DNA of 64,000 nucleotides, from NCBI GenBank assembly GCA_051745165.1, contig JBNJDU010000002.1:5479-69478 (forward strand), given 5' to 3'. A program made the translations under genes and the position numbers. Source of the DNA: Patescibacteria group bacterium. Lineage in GTDB: Bacteria; Patescibacteriota; Minisyncoccia; Minisyncoccales; PWPS01. The notes beneath the pieces were generated by a model. That model ran no database searches. It had not been told where the DNA came from and worked only from the letters and a program-made list of their open reading frames with translations. How positions within the stretch are numbered: the first letter of the stretch is position 1; every line of letters begins with the position of its first letter. Positions 1 to 7,209 of the stretch are shown here, piece after piece.

Positions 1-220
1 CGGGGCTGCTATCCCTATTTATATTATTTATTATTAGTTGTACATTATTTGGTGCTCCTGTAATATTTGCCTCGATTGTATAGTCGTTAAAATTCGATAT
101 TTGAAGATCAGGTATAATATCAATATTTGAAATAGAATCTTCTGCTACAGATATAAGAGGAAAGAATATTATTAGTGCTAAAAATAAAAATTTGGCCCTT
201 TTTATTAAGTTGTAATTCAT
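1..220 (-). CDS. Partial CDS (N-terminal part in window): secreted hypothetical protein with signal peptide (MNYNLIKRAKFLFLALIIFFPLISVAEDS...)
   Basis: ATG at 218-220 on the minus strand gives an open frame running off the window start. The N-terminus has a hydrophobic signal-peptide-like segment. It is not in the ORF track because no stop lies inside the window. Confidence 0.35.
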   Translation of the reverse strand, partial: MNYNLIKRAKFLFLALIIFFPLISVAEDSISNIDIIPDLQISNFNDYTIEANITGAPNNVQLIINNINRDSSP

Positions 221-351
221 TAAAGTTTGTTATAAATATTATAAAGATGGCACTATTTCAAATAATTAAATTAAGTTTTTATAATTTAACTCTTATACTA
301 ATATTGCACTAAAAACTAAAATAAAGCAATTAAATTTTATTAACAAAACAA

Positions 352-392
352 AAAACCCAGCTAAGTGCTGGGTGTTTTATATGGCTCCGCGG
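352..392. repeat. 38-bp repeat copy 1: A-tract, hairpin CCCAGCtaagtGCTGGG, T-tract, then tatatggctccgc; followed by a degenerate tRNA-Asn 3'-end-like segment (to ~410)
   Basis: Near-identical to 1156-1196. The downstream segment tgtttt..gctccgcgga..attcgaac resembles the 3' part of the tRNA-Asn gene at 8908-8979. Confidence 0.6.
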
Positions 393-584
393 ATTGGATA
401 AAATTCGAACATACCTATTAAGGCACGGATGGGAATAAGTATTGCTATAAGTATGTAAAAACTACCCTTTTAGCCGACAAAAATAAAGATTTTGTTGCTT
501 TTTAGAATACTTACAGAGGTTTTTAATACTTTAATAACTATTTTTTAACTTAGATTAATTATTACTAAAAAAAAGACCCCCGAA

Positions 585-612
585 AATATACAATCTTACG
601 GGGGCGTAAATA
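585..612 (-). terminator. Rho-independent terminator after ORF 657..1088 (GC-rich hairpin plus T-run on the minus strand)
   Basis: Hairpin acccccg...cgggggc followed by an A-run on the plus strand (T-run on minus). Confidence 0.5.
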
Positions 613-656
613 GCGAGATCAAAATTCTTCAAATTTAGGAATTATTTATTTTTAAA

Positions 657-1088
657 CTAGGAAGGTTCATTAAAGTGCTTTTCAATAGCTAAAGATTGTA
701 TCTCTCTAACATCTTTATCAGACAAAGAATCAATATTAGGTTTGTTGGAAAATAATTCTCTATATGCTTTATTCAGGGCTATAAATCGATTTGATCCAAA
801 AGAAGGGCTAGGTGGAAACTTAAACCATTTAATTCTTTTTTTATAAAACCAAGATAGTTTATTATTTTTATTTGCTTTACTTAAAAATTTTTTAGCTTTA
901 TTTATTTTCCTTTCCATCCTTTCTTTTATCCGCTTATAGGAATTTTTATTAGTTTCCATCACTGACTTATTATTTTTCCAGCGCAAAGAAATTACTCGAA
1001 AATATAATTTTAATCCTAGTAAAATTTCCTCTTGTCGTTTAATCTCTCTTCTAAAATTATCTATAACTGTAGAGTTTTCCTTTGTCAT
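657..1088 (-). CDS. Hypothetical basic protein (143 aa), no recognisable domain
   Basis: From the ORF track; Lys/Arg-rich. It is flanked on both sides by the 38-bp hairpin repeat. Confidence 0.45.
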   Translation of the reverse strand: MTKENSTVIDNFRREIKRQEEILLGLKLYFRVISLRWKNNKSVMETNKNSYKRIKERMERKINKAKKFLSKANKNNKLSWFYKKRIKWFKFPPSPSFGSNRFIALNKAYRELFSNKPNIDSLSDKDVREIQSLAIEKHFNEPS

Positions 1089-1155
1089 AAATTTGCTTTA
1101 TGATTTTTATAAGCATCTTCCTTATTAAATTTTACCACTCTAAAATTTAATAATC

Positions 1156-1196
1156 AAAACTCAGCTAAATGCTGGGTGTTTTATATGGCTCCGCTT
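1156..1196. repeat. 38-bp repeat copy 2 (aaaactcagctaaatgctgggtgttttatatggctccgc)
   Basis: 36/38 identical to copy 1. Immediately followed by a 9-bp perfect inverted repeat (gcttagtag...ctactaagc, 1195-1272) enclosing ~60 nt. Confidence 0.6.
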
Positions 1197-1284
1197 AGTA
1201 GACCAGTTTAGAATATTTGATTGGGGTAAAATAGAAGCAGAAGTAGAATTTTTTCAAACGCTACTAAGCTAGTTTAATTTATTT

Positions 1285-2925
1285 TTACCACTGGAAAATC
1301 CTTAAAAAGAAAGTTTTTATGGAATTGAATATTCTTACAATAAAAATTTCTCTCTCTTTTTCTTCGCTTGTTTTTTCCGTTATTTCTCCTCTTTGCTTTG
1401 GTTGGTTATCTGTTATTATTTTCTCCTCTTTTTCTTCTCCTTTATCATCTTTTTCGCCTTCTTTAGCTTCTACTAATCTTCCATCCTTTTCCTCTTTTTC
1501 TTCTCCGTTATTTTCATATTCTTCACTTTCTACTAACTCTTTATTCTCACTATTTTTGTTACTCTTACCATCTCCACTTTTTTCTTTCATAGTAAAATTT
1601 ACACTTTTACTTGATTTTTCCACCTCAAAACTGCCTTTATAATCTTCATAATTTTCTAATTTAGCAATAAACCAATATTTTCCAGTTTCAAAATTTTCCT
1701 CAACTTCACCATCTAAGCTAGTAGTTATTTCATTAACTTTTCCTGTAAAGTCTTCATAGGAATAAATTTCAATAGAAACACCCTCTAAACCATTTTCCTC
1801 ACTAAAAATCAGGGGGTATTTCTTTTTTTGGAATTCCGCCAAAATAGAGTAATTTCCTTTTATAGCAATGGTTGTATCTTCTAGATTAGGATCAGAAATA
1901 TTATCCACATCACCATTCCAGCCAATAAATTTATAACCCGGTTTAGGCTTTACCTTTAGTTCAATTTCATCTCCCCAGTTGTAATTAAATATTCCTTCTC
2001 CCGGATTAACTATATTTCCACTAGTTCCCGAATTTAATTCTAATTTATGCTTAGTTTCTTCAACAGTAATAGTAGTTGTATAACCAAGTTTTTCAGCTAT
2101 TTGATTAGCTTCATCCTCGTTAAGATTTCCACTGATCTGTATTTGTCCCCCGGAAATTTCTTCTTGAATAGTTGCTCTTTGAATTCTCTCTTCATTTAAA
2201 TAAATAGCAATCGACTTTCCAATATTTTCTTTAGTTAATTCTCGTAAAATTTCCGATCCTTGATTATTAAGTTTAATATGAATTACAGCACGATTAGTCA
2301 TCTCGTTAATATATGGTTCTGCATTGACTATATGCTTTTCATCTAAATTAGTAGAAGTAAAAATGCCTTCAAATGCTATTTCCCAATTATTTATCTCTTC
2401 ATCTAATACTGACTTTTGTTCTTCTGTAATATTTTCAATATCATTTATACTTAAAAGTTCTTTAATTTCTTCCTTTTTAGAATTAATTTTCTCAACTTCT
2501 TCGTCCCTTTTCTCTACTTTAAATTCTAAAGAAATATCTTCAACATCTCTTTTATCAAAAGTATATTTATATTCTTCATCTTTATAAGCTCTGAATTTAA
2601 ACCCAACTATATAATCACCAGGCTCTGTAAATTTAAAATTCCACTTAAATTCCCAACCTCTTCTAGGTTTTTCTATTTTTTTCTTTTTCATAAACTCCTC
2701 TTCAATAGAACCTTGCTTTTCCAAAATTTTAATTAACGGTTCAAATTGCCATTTACTTTCACCTTTATTTTCATCTTCAAGCTCTAAAAAAACTGGGACT
2801 TCTATTTTTTGACCTTGGTTTATAATATCAGGAAATTCCATACTAATACTTTTCTCTACACCAGCAAAAGCTGTTAGTGGGAACAAAAAAGATAGCAGGA
2901 AAATTATTATTTTATTTAAAGACAT
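1285..2925 (-). CDS. Secreted surface protein with signal peptide and a Listeria-Bacteroides (Flg_new-type) repeat; acidic, Lys-rich C-terminus
   Basis: N-terminal signal peptide [21 protein letters not shown]. The motif KPKPGYKFIGWNGDVDN...ILAEF matches the bacterial surface-protein repeat consensus. Confidence 0.55.
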   Translation of the reverse strand: MSLNKIIIFLLSFLFPLTAFAGVEKSISMEFPDIINQGQKIEVPVFLELEDENKGESKWQFEPLIKILEKQGSIEEEFMKKKKIEKPRRGWEFKWNFKFTEPGDYIVGFKFRAYKDEEYKYTFDKRDVEDISLEFKVEKRDEEVEKINSKKEEIKELLSINDIENITEEQKSVLDEEINNWEIAFEGIFTSTNLDEKHIVNAEPYINEMTNRAVIHIKLNNQGSEILRELTKENIGKSIAIYLNEERIQRATIQEEISGGQIQISGNLNEDEANQIAEKLGYTTTITVEETKHKLELNSGTSGNIVNPGEGIFNYNWGDEIELKVKPKPGYKFIGWNGDVDNISDPNLEDTTIAIKGNYSILAEFQKKKYPLIFSEENGLEGVSIEIYSYEDFTGKVNEITTSLDGEVEENFETGKYWFIAKLENYEDYKGSFEVEKSSKSVNFTMKEKSGDGKSNKNSENKELVESEEYENNGEEKEEKDGRLVEAKEGEKDDKGEEKEEKIITDNQPKQRGEITEKTSEEKEREIFIVRIFNSIKTFFLRIFQW

Positions 2926-2946
2926 AAATCTCTCTTTCTTTATTTT

Positions 2947-3858
2947 TTAATATCCAACAGCTTCCGCGCCATATTTAGCTTGCTGACGTGTAAACCCATC
3001 ATATTCGAGTTGTTCAATCAATCCTTCTCTAGAAAATGAAGTGTAATTTAAGTAATCTTCAGCACTTTTTGCTGCCTGCTTATTCCAATCAGCTCCGCAG
3101 TTTTCTGCCCCATACACAGCTTCTTTGTGTGTAAACCCATCATATTCGAGTTGTTCAATCAATCCTTCTCTAGAAAATGAAGTGTAATTTAAGTAATCTT
3201 CAGCACTTCTTAATGCATTCTTTTCACCTAACGTTGTATTGTCTGACTCTGGCTTTGATTCACAAACATTATTTGTGCATTTATACCCATCCGAGCAATT
3301 TCCGTGATCATATACTATTTCACAACTTTCAGTTTCTTCACTAAGCCCGACACACTTTTCTCCCCCGTAAGCAGGTTTAGGATCATCACAAGTTCTAGTT
3401 CTTATTTTCTCTCCCTCAACTCTACTTTCCCCACATTCTAAATCAGGAGGGTTGATTTGACATTCACTCCATTTACTCCATCTACTCCAACCGCCATCAA
3501 TTGGTTTAGGCTTCTCTGGCTCTGATTCAGATTCCTCTTCTATTTTTGTTGTATCTGTTTGTGTCGGCTGCTCTACCTCCTTTACCTCCTCTGTTATTGA
3601 TTCTTCCCGAGATTCTTTATTTTCCACTACATCAGATTCTGATTTAGGAACATCAAGTTCAGGATCTACTTTTTCGGTTGTTTCTGTAGTTATTCCAAAT
3701 AAAACAAAAAATACAATAAATGCTCCACCAAATAATAAACTTGTCTTTTTTCTGGTAACCTTTCCTTTAATAAAGCGTTCAAAGGAAGATGGTTTAATAA
3801 GTCCATAAATTAAAGATCCTAATGAAAGAAGGATTAGAAATAAAAATAAATCATCCAT
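2947..3858 (-). CDS. Membrane-anchored protein (2 TM) with a thrombospondin type-1-like repeat (WSRWSKWSEC...CGES...IRTRTC..PKPAYGGEKCVG) and two tandem Ltp-family (phage superinfection-exclusion lipoprotein, PF07553-like) repeats
   Basis: The tryptophan/cysteine spacing matches the TSR consensus WSxWSxWSxC...CG...RxRxC..PxP..GGxxCxG. The C-terminus has two 47-aa repeats (SAEDYLNYTSFSREGLIEQLEYDGFT...). The underlying DNA is a 141-bp-period tandem repeat. Confidence 0.7.
   Translation of the reverse strand: MDDLFLFLILLSLGSLIYGLIKPSSFERFIKGKVTRKKTSLLFGGAFIVFFVLFGITTETTEKVDPELDVPKSESDVVENKESREESITEEVKEVEQPTQTDTTKIEEESESEPEKPKPIDGGWSRWSKWSECQINPPDLECGESRVEGEKIRTRTCDDPKPAYGGEKCVGLSEETESCEIVYDHGNCSDGYKCTNNVCESKPESDNTTLGEKNALRSAEDYLNYTSFSREGLIEQLEYDGFTHKEAVYGAENCGADWNKQAAKSAEDYLNYTSFSREGLIEQLEYDGFTRQQAKYGAEAVGY
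2988..3221. repeat. Tandem DNA repeat, period 141 bp, 2 copies (~93-bp near-identical core) inside CDS 2947..3858; encodes the duplicated Ltp-like module
   Basis: gtgtaaacccatcatattcgagttgttcaatcaatccttctctagaaaatgaagtgtaatttaagtaatcttcagcactt occurs at 2988 and again at 3129. Confidence 0.8.
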
Positions 3859-3977
3859 AATTTCTCTTTCTTATATTATTTTTAATAATTTCACTACTTT
3901 TCTTATTTAACTATACCACAAAGCAAAATCCAGCTAAATGCTGGGATAAATAAAGAATATTTATCTTAAAATACGGA

Positions 3978-4199
3978 TTAAAAAGTGAACTTATCTGAGG
4001 AATTTAAGTTTTCTTCTCTCTTGATCAGTTGACATAGGGCCTTCTCCCTGGCTTCTAAATCCCTCGGATCTTCCATATCTATCGAAGATCTGTTGTACTT
4101 TATCAGTAAACGCCGAGCTTTCTTCTGCGAAACTCCTAGATATTTGGCCACCCTTTTGTGTCTTCCTTTTAGAGATAGTTGGGCATCTTTCTGAGTCAT
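3978..4199 (-). CDS. Small HTH DNA-binding protein (Fis/IS3-OrfA-like helix-turn-helix; VAKYLGVSQKKARRLLIKY)
   Basis: 73-aa ORF from the track; the HTH motif resembles Fis-type/transposase HTHs. Could be a regulator or a recombination directionality factor of the island. Confidence 0.45.
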   Translation of the reverse strand: MTQKDAQLSLKGRHKRVAKYLGVSQKKARRLLIKYNRSSIDMEDPRDLEAREKALCQLIKREENLNSSDKFTF

Positions 4200-4210
4200 A
4201 ATCTTTAAAT

Positions 4211-4360
4211 TTATTTTTTATTTTTCCTTTTCTCTTTTTTCTTCAAGCCTTCTTTTAAACCTTTCACTATCTTCTCTGTGAACTTTGTCTTTGATTTCTG
4301 ATTTCCTGAAGAGTTTTTTGTAGGTGTTGAGTTAGATTTTTTATTCTTTTTGCTATTCAT
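4211..4360 (-). CDS. Possible small basic protein (49 aa, MNSKKNKKSNSTPTKNSSGNQKSKTKFTEKIVKGLKEGLKKKEKRKNKK), immediately upstream of the HTH gene
   Basis: Hand-translated from the minus strand. Not in the ORF track (short). Low complexity, so it may be non-coding. Confidence 0.2.
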   Translation of the reverse strand: MNSKKNKKSNSTPTKNSSGNQKSKTKFTEKIVKGLKEGLKKKEKRKNKK

Positions 4361-4461
4361 AAATTTTAATTAAATAACATATTTATTATGAGTTTTTTCG
4401 TCTTATAAAAAAGGGAAGCTAAAAGGTATTTTATTAGGAAAGTATTGCAATCAAAACAATC

Positions 4462-5226
4462 TTATAATTCAATTGGTTGCCGTATAGGTACACCCTCTAG
4501 TTCAATAAATTTATCTTTCCAATCCTGACTTCTCATCTCGACTTTTTTGAGTTTTGCATCTTTGGGTATTTCATATGTTGCTTTCTGGTAATTAGTTAAT
4601 CCTGGAGCTATTGTTTCTGTATTAACAAATGTTTGGTCTTCTTGCTTATTAAATTTTCTTCCTTCATCATCTATTAGCTGTCCCAACGACCAACTAACTA
4701 ATATTTCTTCTTTTGTTTTGTTTTTTAATCCGATTTTTATCACCATAAGCTTTCCCTCAGCCCATAATCTATCTTCTCTTTTTATTTTAATAGAATTAAT
4801 TTCAATTTCTTTGCCTAAATTGAACCTATTAATTCCCGTCACTGTTTTTGAAGCTCTTTCTGTTTTATTTTCTAAATAGTCGACTCCTATTGTTGTTCCA
4901 GTTAAAAAAAATAAAGTTAAAACTAAGATAATTATTTTTTTAAATGGCAGAAGTTTGGAACTTTTCTCTTTTCCATACGCAATATAAAGAATAATTCGAT
5001 AATAAATCACGCTTAAGATTAGATATAGTAAAACAGAAAAAGATAAAGAACTCAAGGTTGAAACAAAAAAACTTTCACCACTTGAAGTAGCCACGATTAA
5101 TATAGCGATGAAAATAATTACATCCGAAATATAAATAAGTGACTTTGCCAGTCTATGCCACCATTTATTTTCTAATAAGCGTTCCTCTGCTTTGTTTTTA
5201 TTATTTTCTTCTTCCATCTTTTTCAT
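4462..5226 (-). CDS. Membrane protein (2 TM) with a C-terminal extracytoplasmic beta-rich domain (DUF4352-like)
   Basis: The ORF track gives a hydrophobic N-terminal region followed by a soluble domain. The domain assignment is from memory and weak. Confidence 0.45.
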   Translation of the reverse strand: MKKMEEENNKNKAEERLLENKWWHRLAKSLIYISDVIIFIAILIVATSSGESFFVSTLSSLSFSVLLYLILSVIYYRIILYIAYGKEKSSKLLPFKKIIILVLTLFFLTGTTIGVDYLENKTERASKTVTGINRFNLGKEIEINSIKIKREDRLWAEGKLMVIKIGLKNKTKEEILVSWSLGQLIDDEGRKFNKQEDQTFVNTETIAPGLTNYQKATYEIPKDAKLKKVEMRSQDWKDKFIELEGVPIRQPIEL

Positions 5227-5413
5227 TGTTGGTTTTATTGTTTTTCTTTATTACTTAACTATACCACAAGATAAAACTTTATCTAAGTTATAAGATAATG
5301 GGTAGTTTTTTCGTCTTATAAAAAGGGGGTTAATACCGCTACTATGGTTGCCTATTAATTTACTAAATTGTTGATTTTAATTAGAATAAAATAAGATACT
5401 TAATAAAAATGTA

Positions 5414-6172
5414 ATGAATTCATCTAAAAATCAATCAAAAGAAAAACTTTTAACTTACCTTGATCACTTTATAGAGTCAGATTTTTTTCAAAAAATGGTA
5501 AGAGAAACAAGAGAAGAACTAAACATCCCCAAAAAGGGACTTAATAAATCAAAAGACGAACTTACAAGCTGCTCTTGGGATAAGTATATTTTATATATTC
5601 CGGAAGAATTAAAAGGCGATAAAGGGGAGATATTAAGATTTGTTAACAGTCAAATGGGGAGAGCTTATGAAAAATTTCCTGTAAATGATATCCGGATAAC
5701 TGCTATTTTTACTGTATATATTTATTATAATTTAAAAATATATAAAATTTTAAACAAAACAGACAATATCTGTTCTATTGAGGATATTAAGCAAACAATT
5801 CAGGAAAGAGAAGGATTAAAATTAAATTCTAAGGAAATAAATAGAATGATTGGAACTGATACATACCCTGTAATTTTAAAAATAAACCCTTCTGCAAGTC
5901 AGCGAGATATAGTTTCTTATATTAAAGATAATTGGAAAATTATTAAATATCATCTTGATAAGTATGAAAATAAATCAAAATTAGGAAAAATAAGATCTAG
6001 AGATCCAAAAATTAAAGAAAGAGATCGATTTATTTATAAAAATAGAGAAAAACCATATAAAGAAATAGTTTCTTTGGTTCAAAAAAAATTCCCTGAAGTA
6101 AGCGATTCGATTGATCAAGGTTCTGTTGGAAAAATAATTTCACTTGAGAGACAAAGAAGGAAAGAAGTGTAG
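5414..6172 (+). CDS. Hypothetical basic protein (252 aa), island-borne
   Basis: ORF track. No recognisable motif. Followed by a hairpin terminator at 6210-6236. Confidence 0.45.
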   Translation: MNSSKNQSKEKLLTYLDHFIESDFFQKMVRETREELNIPKKGLNKSKDELTSCSWDKYILYIPEELKGDKGEILRFVNSQMGRAYEKFPVNDIRITAIFTVYIYYNLKIYKILNKTDNICSIEDIKQTIQEREGLKLNSKEINRMIGTDTYPVILKINPSASQRDIVSYIKDNWKIIKYHLDKYENKSKLGKIRSRDPKIKERDRFIYKNREKPYKEIVSLVQKKFPEVSDSIDQGSVGKIISLERQRRKEV

Positions 6173-6209
6173 TACACTTATTTCTTATACAATTTAATAT
6201 ACGTCTTAT

Positions 6210-6236
6210 AACCTGTTATCAAGCAGGTTATTTTTT
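6210..6236 (+). terminator. Rho-independent terminator (aacctgttatcaagcaggtt + T6)
   Basis: Perfect 6-bp stem followed by a T-run, directly after the 5414..6172 stop. Confidence 0.6.
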
Positions 6237-6276
6237 ATGGCTAAAAATTAAATTAGTATTTCAACTGCCAAGAAGT

Positions 6277-6417
6277 ATGGATCTAACCAAACCTTCAATT
6301 AAAGAGCTTCAAAATATCCTCGAAAAGGATTACGGAGTTTCTTTAAACGAAAAAGAAGTTAATTCCTTTGGAGTTTTAGTCCTAAAAATTTTACAAACTA
6401 TAAGTAATAAAAAATAA
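6277..6417 (+). CDS. Possible small protein (46 aa, MDLTKPSIKELQNILEKDYGVSLNEKEVNSFGVLVLKILQTISNKK)
   Basis: Hand-translated. Its stop lies 2 nt before the next ORF start (6420). Not in the ORF track. Confidence 0.2.
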   Translation: MDLTKPSIKELQNILEKDYGVSLNEKEVNSFGVLVLKILQTISNKK

Positions 6418-6419
6418 AT

Positions 6420-6854
6420 ATGAACAATGAAGGGCCAAATAAAATTATGCTAAGGAAAGGAGTTGATAACAATCCTGAAGATGCTTTTAAAGGCTTAGAC
6501 CATCCCTCTAAAAAAACAAAAGAAAATGCTCAAAATGAAATAAAAAAGTTTACAAAAAGAAATTGGCTTGCGTACAGTCCAGACTTAGCAAAAATTCTTA
6601 ATTCTGTAAAAGCGGGAATTTTTCTCTCACAACTCATCTATTGGCACGGAAAAGGTGCTGATTCTGAAAAGTTTTACAAGACGATAAAAGAATTAAAGGA
6701 AGAAACAGAATTAAGCAAAGGAGAGCAATATAGAGCTCAAAAAATATGTGAGAAAAAAGATTTAATCGAGGTTACTTATGACAAGATTCCACCAAAGAGA
6801 CACTACAAAATTAAAATTAAAAAGATAAAAGAATTATTAAAAGGCATTGATTAG
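6420..6854 (+). CDS. Winged-helix DNA-binding protein, DnaD/phage replication-organizer-like (weak call)
   Basis: The segment GIFLSQLIYWHGKG...FYKTIKELKEETELSKGEQYRAQKICEKKDLIEV resembles replication-initiator/DnaD-type wHTH domains. No decisive motif. Confidence 0.35.
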   Translation: MNNEGPNKIMLRKGVDNNPEDAFKGLDHPSKKTKENAQNEIKKFTKRNWLAYSPDLAKILNSVKAGIFLSQLIYWHGKGADSEKFYKTIKELKEETELSKGEQYRAQKICEKKDLIEVTYDKIPPKRHYKIKIKKIKELLKGID

Positions 6855-7209
6855 TGAATGTAGGCGGTTATTATATGAATTTTATCAAGCATTTAAAGGT
6901 TTTAAAATAAGTCATATATTACAGAGATTACCTTTCATAGATTACTTACAGAGCTTTCTCTTTACAAGAGAGGATTCCGTAAATATAGACATTTACGAAA
7001 TCCAAAAATATACCTAGAAAGAAAAATTAAATAATAAAGAAATTTATTTATTTACCTTGAAGTGCTATAATAAAAGTAGACATTGCCATTATTATTTTGA
7101 GAGTAGGAAGGGGCGTTTCTGTTTTGTTCTCGAAAGAGGCAATGTCTAGCAGAAGCGTCCCTTTTTGTTTATTAGCTTGCTCTTACTATATTTATTAAAT
7201 TTTTATTTT

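Noticed and set aside
370-440. Full tRNA or tRNA pseudogene at 370-440
   Set aside because: Only the acceptor-3' and T-loop-like fragments match tRNA-Asn. No D or anticodon arm can be folded, so it is treated as a degenerate att-site remnant rather than an RNA gene.
1319-2587. ORFs 1319..1642(+) and 2324..2587(+) inside the 546-aa surface-protein gene
   Set aside because: They are Ser/Leu/Phe-rich translations of the antisense strand of a Glu/Lys-rich gene, typical spurious shadow ORFs.
7100-7175. Imperfect inverted repeat ggggcgtttctg...cagaagcgtccc upstream of the recombinase as attP or recombinase-binding site
   Set aside because: Only 10/12 complementarity, and the position equally fits a terminator for the upstream gene 6420..6854. 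Too weak to call.
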